DNA from: a virus
Taxonomy: Duplodnaviria > Caudoviricetes
IMG/VR virus record: IMGVR_UViG_3300014205_000188
Span: 40,079 to 104,078 of that record
DNA length: 64,000 nt
Reading direction: 5' to 3' (one strand)
In this document: one piece after another, positions 49,438 to 59,600 of the stretch
Layout of the letters: every line of letters starts with the position of its first letter
Numbering within the stretch: the stretch's first letter is position 1
Position numbers and translations under genes: made by a program
The notes under the pieces: generated by a model
The model's database searches: none
What the model saw: the letters and a program-made list of their open reading frames with translations, nothing else
What the model was told of the DNA's origin: nothing

Positions 49438-49482
49438 GGTAAGGTTCCCGCCTGTGTCTTCTTTGGTTTGTGAGGGCTGCAA

Positions 49483-52400
49483 ATGGCCGAGAAAGATCGC
49501 ACCAAGTACTTTGTAGAGTTGGGCTCCGTCCCCTCGGCCGTACCCTCCCCCAACACGGTGTCCCGAACACTTGGTGTAGGCGAGAGGGCCCTACAGGCCG
49601 TGACTTGGCAATCGGGTCGAGCGGTTCTGGATGCGGAGCTAAACCAGGGTCAAGATATTGCGGGATGGGAGTCTGCCCAATACCGGAAGTGGCAGACTCC
49701 TTCCGGCTGGTTGCGTGGTACATCCCACTATGGGGTCCTCAACGACTACACTTTGGCTGTGGCTCCAGTCGGGGTTTCGGATGACGGGGGCTCGGCCATT
49801 CTGCCCGACTTGACCATGATCAACAGTTTTCTGTTGCCCCGCTTGGAAGCTGTGATCGCTGGGCATCACGTTGTGGTGGAGTTCACCAACACCAGTACCC
49901 CTGGTTACAATCTGGTGACCCTGTCTCCCCCCACGGTCTATGATGGAACAGCCGGGACTGTCAAAAGGACAGACTTTGTGTTCCTTGAGATGTGGCTGGC
50001 CTTGGTGGCCCCCTCGCCCCCAGCCACTGGCACTATTACGGTGGTGGACGCCAACTCTTTGACCCCAGGTGATGTGATCCTGATTGCTGGCATCCCTTTG
50101 ACTGCTTCCCCTGTACCGGGCGCTGGTCTTTTTGAGATAGTGGCCGGGGACAATGCTGCTACGGCACTTAATATCAGCCAAGCCCTTGATCTTCTATACT
50201 CCGGTCTGGTCTCTTCTCGCTGGGTGGGCGATACGGTGGCCGTTGTGAGTTCCCTTCCAGGATCGGCTGGAAATGCCACAACACTTTCAGTTGTCAACAC
50301 TATCGTGGGTGCCTTGGAAGTCTCGGGGGCCTTTTTGACTGGGGGCGAGGATCGTTACTCCAAGCCGCCTGATCAGACCTCCTTGTACCGGCATGGGAAT
50401 GTTTTGTCCCCCGCGGGGGCTTGGTTGCCTGACGACATGTTGGACCCCATCACACTGGTGGAGTCTGCTCAACGTGTCCAGTTGCAGTATCGGATCCGAA
50501 CCACGGATGACACTGAGGGTGTGAACTACAAGAAGCACCCAGATGGTTTCTCCACTTTAGGGATCTATGCCCAAGCAGGAACCCTTGCCCCTGTGGCGGC
50601 TTATCCCTTTGTGCCTGCGGACAAGGTCACCATTTGGTTGAATTCCTCTGCCGAGGCTTACGGGGCAGAAGACTCTGGTTTGTGGGTTGCTGGTAACGGT
50701 TCTGGGGCTTCGGCCAGTGACCTAGGGGCCTTAGACGGTTTCGTCTATGCCTTGCCACTTTGTTTCGTGCATCGTCACAATGATGTCTCGAGTGCTGACC
50801 CTGGTTTTTTGGGTTTCGATCCTGTCTCTAATGCCAATGGTGCCCCCAGCTACACCCACTTGGGTTATACGGGTACTCTGGGTGTGATCCCAGCAGGGTC
50901 CTCAGATCGTCCTGATGGCCACTTCTGCGACGTGATTGAGGCGACCAGGATTCTGGACCTTCGCAGGCATGTCAATCCCACCGGGATCGACTCAGGATCA
51001 GAGTTGCAATACCAGATCCAGTCTTTGCTGGACGGTGCCAATTTGACATGGTCTGTGGACACGGCATCCAAACAAGACCTTGGAGGATCATCCGGCGACG
51101 TTTCCACCCAGTATCTGATCTGCAATGAGATGGGACGTATTTCTGCCCTGGGTGGTAATGATGTTACATCTGGTACAACAGGGCGTGGGGTTTTCACTCG
51201 AAACTTCGACCACATTGCTCGTCGCTTTGGTTCTCAGGCTGTTGTGGAAAGGGTCGTCTTCTCGTACTATCCCGGGGATCGTTTTGTAGGAGCGGTGCTT
51301 CCAGGTTTGACTGATCAAGGGAAATTTGTAGAAAAAGTGTTAGGCTCGACCGCCAATGAATGGGTTGAGGATGACAAGCTGCATCTGGACTTGGCAAACT
51401 TTGATGCCTCTACTTTGGGGTGCCTTTTTCAAGGTGCCGATGGGGGAGGTGGCTCATACACTCCCGGTTGGACACCCTCTGTGGCTGTTTTTGCTCCGAG
51501 GGGGACGGTGATCACTGATGTGCTCAGTGTCTACCATGATGATGGCTTGTACACTGCTAGTGTAGCCCAAGAGGTACAGATCAAACAGATTGTGGGTTTG
51601 GGAACAACGCACCTTGAGGTTACTCTGGATGCTAATCCCACTGAGGTCTCTAACGGGTTACCCGTAGGTGGGCTCAACCCTTTGCATGCCATGGTTGAAA
51701 CTTTAGCTCTGGGTGGTTCTCAGAGACGGATTTTTCTTGAGGTTGAGATCACGTATCCATTGGGGGCAGGTTTGACGGACACCCCTGATCTCCTCCTGAC
51801 CCCAGATGCACTCGTTTACGATGGGTCCAAGACTACGGGTGAGGCTCCAGGTCCTGGACCTGTGCTTGAGAATGATGCTGCTCAAAGACCTAATGACTTT
51901 GAGCAGTTGATTGCTCCCGCCTTCCGTAACAGGTTTAGGGAGGTGATGTTGGAGTACGTGCCCAACAACACTTCGGGTTTGGCTCTGATCGATCAACAAC
52001 CAGGAGTTCCCGTTTCGGACACTCTGGTCAGTCGGGATACGCAGTCCCTTGTGTTCCCTCGTAGGGTTTTTGGAAACTTTGCACTACTGCCCACCGTGTT
52101 AGACAATGAAACCATGGCTTTAGCCCATGTGGAGCCCGTCACCACTGAGTTCGGTAGCAGTTCTCGGTTGGTCACACTCTTAGACCCTTTGTCGGGAGCG
52201 GGGCACACTCAATGCAACATCACTTATTTCTCTCAGGACCCCATTCCCAATTATGGGGCCCTCGGCGGCGGCTACCAGTTGAGTGTCTACTACCGTTCCA
52301 CAGCGCCTCAGACGGCAGGAACGAAAGAGGGAAACATTCTGTCCTCTGGTGATGGGGTTCTTCCTACAATTCTGATGTTGGAACCCATGTTGATGGGTCC

Positions 52401-52983
52401 CTCCGTTTGGAGCGGTCAGGTCAGTTCCGGTTCTCAAGAGATGGGCTACCCCTATGAGATGCCCTTAGGATCCATTCCTATCAATGATGAGTTGGCAACA
52501 CTCGTCAAGGAGTGGTACTTCTGTGCCACAACGAGCATTGCGGTTGGAGACTTCAATGCCAATACTGGGCTGTTGAATCTTCACCCCTATGTGCCAGCCG
52601 ATGGTCAAGGTGTTTTGCACCTGGGAGGGGCCGGTGTTACGGAGCAACCCAGGGTTGACGCTGAGTTTCGGGCCTTCTACCCTTTCACCGCAGATTGGGC
52701 CTATCGCCCAACCATCTTGGCCCAACCTCTTTTGGGTGCCGTCCGTCACAAGGTCCTGTACCCATTCCTTGCTCGGGTGGTGGAAGAGACCCATGCCTCG
52801 GATGGTTACGGAATTCTCTTCCGTAAGAATGAGGTTGTGCTAGTTGTTTTGACTCGCTTTGCTGAGCTGGACGGGGACAACAACATCCTTTTTACGGACA
52901 CCAATAACACTACCTGTGCCGCTGTCTACCGCACCAAGAATATGCTGTTGGTTGCCGGGGATAAGTTCGGGCCACTACCCTAA
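49483..52983 (+). CDS. Baseplate/fibre-associated protein with DUF6519-like N-terminus
   Basis: SRTL...VTWQSGRAVLDAELN and DFVFLEMW. Paralogous to the gene starting at 62856. Confidence 0.6.
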   Translation: MAEKDRTKYFVELGSVPSAVPSPNTVSRTLGVGERALQAVTWQSGRAVLDAELNQGQDIAGWESAQYRKWQTPSGWLRGTSHYGVLNDYTLAVAPVGVSDDGGSAILPDLTMINSFLLPRLEAVIAGHHVVVEFTNTSTPGYNLVTLSPPTVYDGTAGTVKRTDFVFLEMWLALVAPSPPATGTITVVDANSLTPGDVILIAGIPLTASPVPGAGLFEIVAGDNAATALNISQALDLLYSGLVSSRWVGDTVAVVSSLPGSAGNATTLSVVNTIVGALEVSGAFLTGGEDRYSKPPDQTSLYRHGNVLSPAGAWLPDDMLDPITLVESAQRVQLQYRIRTTDDTEGVNYKKHPDGFSTLGIYAQAGTLAPVAAYPFVPADKVTIWLNSSAEAYGAEDSGLWVAGNGSGASASDLGALDGFVYALPLCFVHRHNDVSSADPGFLGFDPVSNANGAPSYTHLGYTGTLGVIPAGSSDRPDGHFCDVIEATRILDLRRHVNPTGIDSGSELQYQIQSLLDGANLTWSVDTASKQDLGGSSGDVSTQYLICNEMGRISALGGNDVTSGTTGRGVFTRNFDHIARRFGSQAVVERVVFSYYPGDRFVGAVLPGLTDQGKFVEKVLGSTANEWVEDDKLHLDLANFDASTLGCLFQGADGGGGSYTPGWTPSVAVFAPRGTVITDVLSVYHDDGLYTASVAQEVQIKQIVGLGTTHLEVTLDANPTEVSNGLPVGGLNPLHAMVETLALGGSQRRIFLEVEITYPLGAGLTDTPDLLLTPDALVYDGSKTTGEAPGPGPVLENDAAQRPNDFEQLIAPAFRNRFREVMLEYVPNNTSGLALIDQQPGVPVSDTLVSRDTQSLVFPRRVFGNFALLPTVLDNETMALAHVEPVTTEFGSSSRLVTLLDPLSGAGHTQCNITYFSQDPIPNYGALGGGYQLSVYYRSTAPQTAGTKEGNILSSGDGVLPTILMLEPMLMGPSVWSGQVSSGSQEMGYPYEMPLGSIPINDELATLVKEWYFCATTSIAVGDFNANTGLLNLHPYVPADGQGVLHLGGAGVTEQPRVDAEFRAFYPFTADWAYRPTILAQPLLGAVRHKVLYPFLARVVEETHASDGYGILFRKNEVVLVVLTRFAELDGDNNILFTDTNNTTCAAVYRTKNMLLVAGDKFGPLP

Positions 52984-52993
52984 GGAGGCTGCT

Positions 52994-55900
52994 ATGCCGA
53001 GACCTACAAATCCTGGCTTGCTGCAAACGGGCCCAGGCAAGATTGACCCCGGCACCAATAATCTGGTTCTTATTGGTGCCGGCATGGCTGGACCACCCCC
53101 CAATGTTGGTCTGCCAGGTTTTACAACCCTGTCAGGAACCATGTTGGGTTGGCCCTCTGGTTTGACCACAGGCAGTTTGACGGAGCATTTGGAGGACCCT
53201 AAGGGTGCTCATCAGGCTTCGGCTATCAGCATTGATGGAAAGCCCGCACTCTTGTACTCCACCAATGTGGAGGCCGCTATTGACGAGATCATGGGCGCTA
53301 TTGCTCCTGAGCCCCCCAAGTTGGGGCAATGGGTAGCTCACATGGCGTCTTTTTTCACGGGCATTCCTGACTGGGGAAGTTTGCGGCTTACGGATGGCCC
53401 ACCATCCTATCAAGCACCCCCCGGTGGCAGTGTCACTGGATCCGATGTCTACCCGATTTATTGGACCGCTCCGACACCAACTACTGATCGACGGAGCACG
53501 GGTTTGGTGTCCTTGGCTGGGGAGGACCCCCTTACGGACCCTATCTGGAATCATCACTCCAGTGTACTGGGTACCTTTGGTGGGACCAAGGCGGGGGGTT
53601 ATACGGATGTGAACACGGGAGAGGTGGTGCGGACCAGGTTGGTTCCCGCTTACCCCGTGTTCCCATGGGCCACACTAGACGTTGTCCCCTCTTTCTGTCT
53701 TTCCGGCTCCCTGTACCCAGCGGACAAGGGGGTCCTTGCGCTACTCCATTTTCCTGACCCGCAAGCAGGTCTTCTCTTCCTGGATCAAAGTCTGACTGAT
53801 CGTTGTTGGTCAGCGTTGCTTTTGGGGCAGGGGCTTGACACCACGAGTTTTGGAACCAGTACCCCAGGGGGCTTGACTTGTGACGGAGGTTCCGGGGGGA
53901 TCTTCTCTCCAGGGTTGGACTCACAGGGTTCGTATGATCCTTTTGCTTTCCCCGGACGTGCCTCTGGTCAGTGGGACTTGAATGAGATCCACACTGGCTT
54001 GAGTGTGGTGGACGGAGCACCCCTACCGGCTCCTTGGACAGCTGGGGCCCAGCGCATCCAGAATGACATCGTTCCAGGCCCCGGGCAAGTGCGCTTGGGC
54101 ACCGTGGCTGCAGCAGGAGAGGCTGACCCGACTGGGTATGGCATCCCGATCCTAGGGGCCACCACGGCGGCATACAACCCGCCTTTGCCGGTCGATGCCA
54201 ACATAGGTGAGGCCCTTCTGGGCAACGCTGTTGTCACGAGCAGCAACTTTTTTCGTTACCGCCTGCCCTATCTCAGTGACTACTCCCCTCTGACGGGTTT
54301 GAAGTACACCCCCTCAGGAGAAAATCGGAGACTTACTCGAGAGACCGCTCGGTATTTTGATGTAACCTCGACACCATCGAACACCAACAATGCTTGGACC
54401 GAACAGGTTGACGGGACTTGGTTTCTGAAGACCGCGGGTAACTACAGTGGGTTTGACCAGGACTACTGGACTTGGCAGTTAGGTCGATACAGGCAAATTC
54501 ATTATCTGTCCACGGCGATTGGGTCCAGTGTCAGAATGGGCACCTTACTGTTGATTCACTTCAAGTCCGAGGGTGACTTTGAGAAGTGCGTTCGGGATGG
54601 GATCATGCCCTGGGACGTGGTCGCTGGTTACCCCGTGTACGGTGTGACTGCCACAGTGGACCCCTTGATTGGGTCTTACAACAATGTGGTGAACCGTGAG
54701 GTGGGAGCGGCACCCATCCCCGCCGCCCCCGACTATGGTTACACAGGGACCCCCTATCATAGTTTGAGATCAGCTCTGTACGTGGCCGATGATACCACAG
54801 CACCAACGACGATTGCCGGTCATCATTGGTCGCTGGCCTCAGTAGCTCCTGCCTTGGACTACGTTTGCGTGAGTGGGGTTTCCTATGCAATCCCACGCTA
54901 CAGGGCCACGAACGTGGCCAACGTTGCAATTGACTCCCTGTACGCATCTTTTCAAGATGCTTGGCAGGAGGGTTATCGAGTTGACGACGCCGCTCTGTTG
55001 AATGGGATGGCCCCGGCACAGGTGTCCAGCCCTAACCCTGTCTTTATCTCTTGGGCTCATTTTAAGTATGAGGCCACACCCCTGGCGGCTAACTTCCCGG
55101 CGGCATTCACATCCTCGTTGGGTTATCGGGAACAGCGTGTTGAGTTCCCTCTCCCTTACGCTGGGGTGGACGCTGGTAATGCCCTGTACTCAGAGCTGAA
55201 TGGTCCGGCTGGTGGGGAGTTCCTGACCGTGTCTACGGAGGGACCCGCTCCATTGCCCGTGGGCAATGTGACTTTTCCAGGGGATAGCCTGTACCCTTCG
55301 TTCAGCTCCGACGCTGCCCCTAGGGTTTTTGTGCGCCGTCCGCACCTTACAAATCCGCTGCAGCCAAGCACAGCAACAGGATGGGGACAGAAACTGGACT
55401 ATACGGGTCCATTGGAGAAGGTGCTGTTTCATAGCACCGGCTTCTATCACTCGGCACCAGGAGATGGGGGGGTTTTTGGTAACTTCCTGACCGGCGGAGT
55501 GGCATACCCGGTGCTTTTAACCGCGGAGAAGGATTTCAAGGAGCGTTTCTTGGACGAGGTGTACCGTGTAAAGTCCAATTTCCCTGGTGTGGTAGACCCT
55601 GTGGCTCAGGCTCACCTACAGGGTCCAGGGATGAGTGGTTGGGTTTTTGCTCCCATGCCTGTTCCTGTTCGCATGGGAGACACTGGCTATACGGCTGATG
55701 CCACATGGGCCAATTCCTCCTGGCTCCAACTAGGGGAGCACCACAATAACTTAGCAATCTCCACGGAGTTGCAAGTTGCTGGTCTACCCGATCGAAACCC
55801 TCCTCCTGAGAATGGAGTCAAAGTCCCTTTTCCCTCGGCAGGACTTCTGCAATATCCCAAAACGGACTATACGGCCATCTACTGGCCGACTTCTGCGGAC

Positions 55901-56587
55901 CTACAACCCGGGGATACACAACCAGATTACACCACAAGTACTGGCTGGCATTTCTACACCCGTTGTTTTGACGTGGCCCATGTTCGCAGTGCTAATCCTT
56001 GGAACTGCATCGGTCAGAGTACCGTAGCCATCCGAGTGGACGGTTTGACCCTCGAGGATTTCCAATATGTAGCACCAGGACCAGGTTCCCTAACCGTTGC
56101 CAACGTGGGCATTGCCATTCAGGTGAAGGTCCCTGGTCAAAGTACCTGGATGGACCTAGGGCGGCGAGACGGTGACGGACCCAGCAAACAAGATGCTTCT
56201 TTGGATGGGGCCGGTTGTCAGGTAGTGGGCACCCAAACTTTCACGGGTGTGGATCCTGACGCCGGTATTGTTTATAGTCAGGTGCTGGTACATTTGGGGC
56301 CTTGGGCCACCTTGGCACAGGGCTACAGTGCCGGTGGTGGGCTTTTTGAGGTTCCTCTTCTACTCAGAGTCTGGATGGACAGTGCCGCAGCTGATTACGA
56401 CATGCAGAAAAAGAATCTGGGACCAGGATCCTTTTTTGGTGCTGCAGACCCATCCGTTTGGTCACACCGTGTGAGGGGAATCACTGGACTCCAGGTGTTG
56501 CACCCGGATGATGTGTTGGAACCTTCCGCCGCTCAGTTGACGGAGTGGGCCGCTTATCTGGAGCCACTGGCTGGTCCAGGTGCTTGA
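52994..56587 (+). CDS. Putative tail fibre/receptor-binding structural protein
   Basis: Start at ATG 52994 after AAGGAGG. EHLEDPKGAHQASAIS...NVEAAIDEI is a motif typical of trimeric fibre proteins. Confidence 0.6.
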   Translation: MPRPTNPGLLQTGPGKIDPGTNNLVLIGAGMAGPPPNVGLPGFTTLSGTMLGWPSGLTTGSLTEHLEDPKGAHQASAISIDGKPALLYSTNVEAAIDEIMGAIAPEPPKLGQWVAHMASFFTGIPDWGSLRLTDGPPSYQAPPGGSVTGSDVYPIYWTAPTPTTDRRSTGLVSLAGEDPLTDPIWNHHSSVLGTFGGTKAGGYTDVNTGEVVRTRLVPAYPVFPWATLDVVPSFCLSGSLYPADKGVLALLHFPDPQAGLLFLDQSLTDRCWSALLLGQGLDTTSFGTSTPGGLTCDGGSGGIFSPGLDSQGSYDPFAFPGRASGQWDLNEIHTGLSVVDGAPLPAPWTAGAQRIQNDIVPGPGQVRLGTVAAAGEADPTGYGIPILGATTAAYNPPLPVDANIGEALLGNAVVTSSNFFRYRLPYLSDYSPLTGLKYTPSGENRRLTRETARYFDVTSTPSNTNNAWTEQVDGTWFLKTAGNYSGFDQDYWTWQLGRYRQIHYLSTAIGSSVRMGTLLLIHFKSEGDFEKCVRDGIMPWDVVAGYPVYGVTATVDPLIGSYNNVVNREVGAAPIPAAPDYGYTGTPYHSLRSALYVADDTTAPTTIAGHHWSLASVAPALDYVCVSGVSYAIPRYRATNVANVAIDSLYASFQDAWQEGYRVDDAALLNGMAPAQVSSPNPVFISWAHFKYEATPLAANFPAAFTSSLGYREQRVEFPLPYAGVDAGNALYSELNGPAGGEFLTVSTEGPAPLPVGNVTFPGDSLYPSFSSDAAPRVFVRRPHLTNPLQPSTATGWGQKLDYTGPLEKVLFHSTGFYHSAPGDGGVFGNFLTGGVAYPVLLTAEKDFKERFLDEVYRVKSNFPGVVDPVAQAHLQGPGMSGWVFAPMPVPVRMGDTGYTADATWANSSWLQLGEHHNNLAISTELQVAGLPDRNPPPENGVKVPFPSAGLLQYPKTDYTAIYWPTSADLQPGDTQPDYTTSTGWHFYTRCFDVAHVRSANPWNCIGQSTVAIRVDGLTLEDFQYVAPGPGSLTVANVGIAIQVKVPGQSTWMDLGRRDGDGPSKQDASLDGAGCQVVGTQTFTGVDPDAGIVYSQVLVHLGPWATLAQGYSAGGGLFEVPLLLRVWMDSAAADYDMQKKNLGPGSFFGAADPSVWSHRVRGITGLQVLHPDDVLEPSAAQLTEWAAYLEPLAGPGA

Positions 56588-56588
56588 G

Positions 56589-56605
56589 CGGTTGGTTGGT
56601 TATAG
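56589..56605 (+). promoter_or_regulatory. Candidate late promoter motif CGGT-N8-TATAG
   Basis: CGGT tggttggt TATAG in the gap before the tailspike gene. Confidence 0.6.
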
Positions 56606-56636
56606 TTTTCGTTAGGGCGTAATCCTGGAGTGACCC

Positions 56637-59600
56637 ATGGCAATCAACAGTTTGAAAGTGTGGCAGGACCCCCTAACCAGATTGACCACTGTTCCAGCTT
56701 CGAAAGTACTCGAGGCGGCTGAGGTTATTCGTGGTTTGGCGGGTTCTTGGGCTGCCTCCTATGTGTTCGAGCCAGGTCTCAGGACCGAAAACTGGAATAC
56801 GGACAACAGGTCACCCAACCCACAACAAATCAAAACCTCACGGCTGGGGCAGCCGGGTTTCCCCGAGATCAATTTTGCGCCCTATGCTTATGGCACTAAC
56901 AGGCAGGGCAACAAAGGCGGATCTTTGTTGGGGCACCCCATCTCGTTTGATGTGGTGGGTCCGACGCTGAAGACGTTAGGTGCTGATGTCTATTGGGAAG
57001 TCCTCGATAATGTCCTAGTCCCTGATGGGGACCTGTTGACATTACAGGGTGGAACCTCCCTTGACGACGTCTATGCTCTAGGGGCCCTTACCCGTTACCC
57101 AGGTGGCCTCTACGTTGTTTTCTCACAGACGGCAACACCTGGTGTTTTTACGGGTGGTGGTGGTATCGGAGACGGAGCCCTGGCTGTACTCTCAAATGAT
57201 GCTATGGTTCCCAAGACCGAGGCCAGCAAGTTTGAGATTTTCCGTGTTGTTGACTTGGGGGTGGACTCTATTCGCTTGGACCCCACCAAGCGTCTGATGG
57301 AGTACTTTGATTTTCCATCCACACCTTTGGCGACTATCAAAGCGATCATGCTCATTCAGCCGCGGGCTACTCGGCTTGTCGCAGTGCCAGAACCTGGGGC
57401 TGTCAGGGGCCAAGAAAAAACTTTTGCCCTTGTCCCCCCGGCAAGGGCGCTGAACACGGATGAGTTGTATCCCTATTACCTTTGGAGTGATGCCTTAGGC
57501 TGGACTGAGTACTGGTTGAAAGATCCCGGTGGGTCACCCCTCAATATGGGAACGGGACGGGAGTTCGAGTACCGCAATGCTCCATCATTGCCCCTAGTCC
57601 GACCAAAGGGCAGGTCTTCTTTTTACCTGGACAATGGCGCAGCTGTCCCTAACGCCAGTTGGATGAATCTGTTGGACGTAGACGTCCATGCGACCACTGG
57701 TGACATTCTCCATGTTGTGGACCTACAGATTGCTGGTACACCCACCTTGGCCTCTACAGGTTTGGGACGGGGGGTGGGTCCCGAGGCTCTGTTGGGTTGG
57801 TTTGAGGTGATGCAGCAAGGTGGAGGACGTACTTACGTGCGTCGCATGGGGGAGGTCAATCCCGAGACAGGGGTCACTTTTGCGGGGAGCCGCCAAGCGC
57901 TTCAAGCCTCCGATGCTTCGGCCACCGAACATTTCAAACTGATTTGCACCGTCCATGACCCTATCCGGGCACTGTGGTCCTCGGATAGGGGGCTAGATAT
58001 GGATGCGCTCAACTCTTCTCGCTTGACGAACATTATTGACCCCTCTTGGGTAGCACCCTCTACCAAGATGCTTCAGAGTGTGGCGGGGACATCGCCTTCT
58101 CGTGCCGACCGAGCCGTTTTTGACACCCGTGGTACCGGAGCGGCTGGAGGAAATGCAAACCCTGGGAGTCTCATGGACCTAGGGTTCCGAGTGGTTCTTT
58201 TTCCAGCTATGGCCGGGGTCGAGGACGATCCAGCTGGCGGACCACCGATCAACATCACTATTCCTGACTGGAGTCGACCGATCACTTCAAATGAGGTGAT
58301 CCTTGACCCATCAAAGAGGAACGAATCCCAGTATATCACGGTGGACTACTCGAGTGGTGTTGTACAACTTTCCCACACTCCCCAGGTAGGGTCAGATGTG
58401 TGGCCTACCTCCTACGGGGATGATAACCCTCGTGGAGAGTTGGTTCTGTTTGCCTGCTGCGTTCCCTACACCCGAGAAGAAGGGCAACTAGGGGCCTCCC
58501 TGCGCATCACGGGGTCAACAGCCAACCCATCGGACATCGTTCCCGGGTTGGCAGGTGGCAGTCCCGATCAATGTGACGTGTACAGCTCTCGGACCTACCA
58601 TGACCTAGATGTGATTGTCCCCCAGACTCTAGCAGCTGCGGTTACAGGCAGCCTTTTTGACATCTGTCTTACAGGTTACGTAGGTGACCAGATCCCGCAG
58701 TCTGGTTTGGTAGAGATCCTGCAAGGGTCCTATCCTGATGGTACCCCGACGTTAGTCGGAACTGTGGGGGGCGTGAATGGCCGTGGCAGTGTTTTTGGCT
58801 ATGATGGACTTGTGGAGACGACACTGGGGGGTCGTCCAGTCACCTACTTGAAGAACTGTTACGGTGGTGGTGACCTCCTGTCCTCTTTCACGGTGAACAC
58901 ATCAAACCCAGCGGTCGCTGTTTGGAGGCGTGAGTTTCAGACACCACAGCTAGATGGTTCCCTTGGGGTGGACTACCAGTATGACACAACATACGGGGCA
59001 GCGAAGAGAACCAAAACTCTCCGCCTTGAGTACTCCAGACCCAAAGTCAATAATGACGGCAGTGTGAGTGTCCTGATGCAGGACCCCGTCACAGCTTCCC
59101 ACAGTGAGCTGTTTGACGATCTGTTCAGGTCGTGGTTGCTTTCAGGTGGTTTGGTTGGATCGGCTACCTCTGAGGATGCCGGTTTTGTGTACTTTCCCGT
59201 TTCATCCGCTGTTGTTCTAAAGGACGGGGTTCGACAGAGTGTCCCTGCGAGTTCCCTTGCTATCCCAACGGTGGCAGGACCCTATTACGTTAAGTACACA
59301 GGTGCAGGGGCCCTAGCCGCAGTCACCCTGGCGTCAGAGACGGCTTTGCCATTGACAAGTCCTGAGGATGTCTTGCTCGCTTTGATTGAGCTTGTCTCCA
59401 CGGGACCAGCGGTCTACACCATCACTGATCTCAGGAATCCCCTCTCCGATATTGATCAGCGAGTGGACTTGTACGTTGGGCTCAAGGGACGGGGGGGTGA
59501 GTGGGACACCTATCGGCCTCACTTCTCCCGTTTGAGTGACGCAATTCATTTTGCCAATGAGATGGGGGACCCTACAGCTGGGTTGGGGGTACAACAGACC

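Noticed and set aside
52859-52993. Longer TTG start given by the ORF track for the 1242-aa ORF
   Set aside because: It overlaps the upstream gene by 125 nt, whereas ATG 52994 has a strong AAGGAGG.
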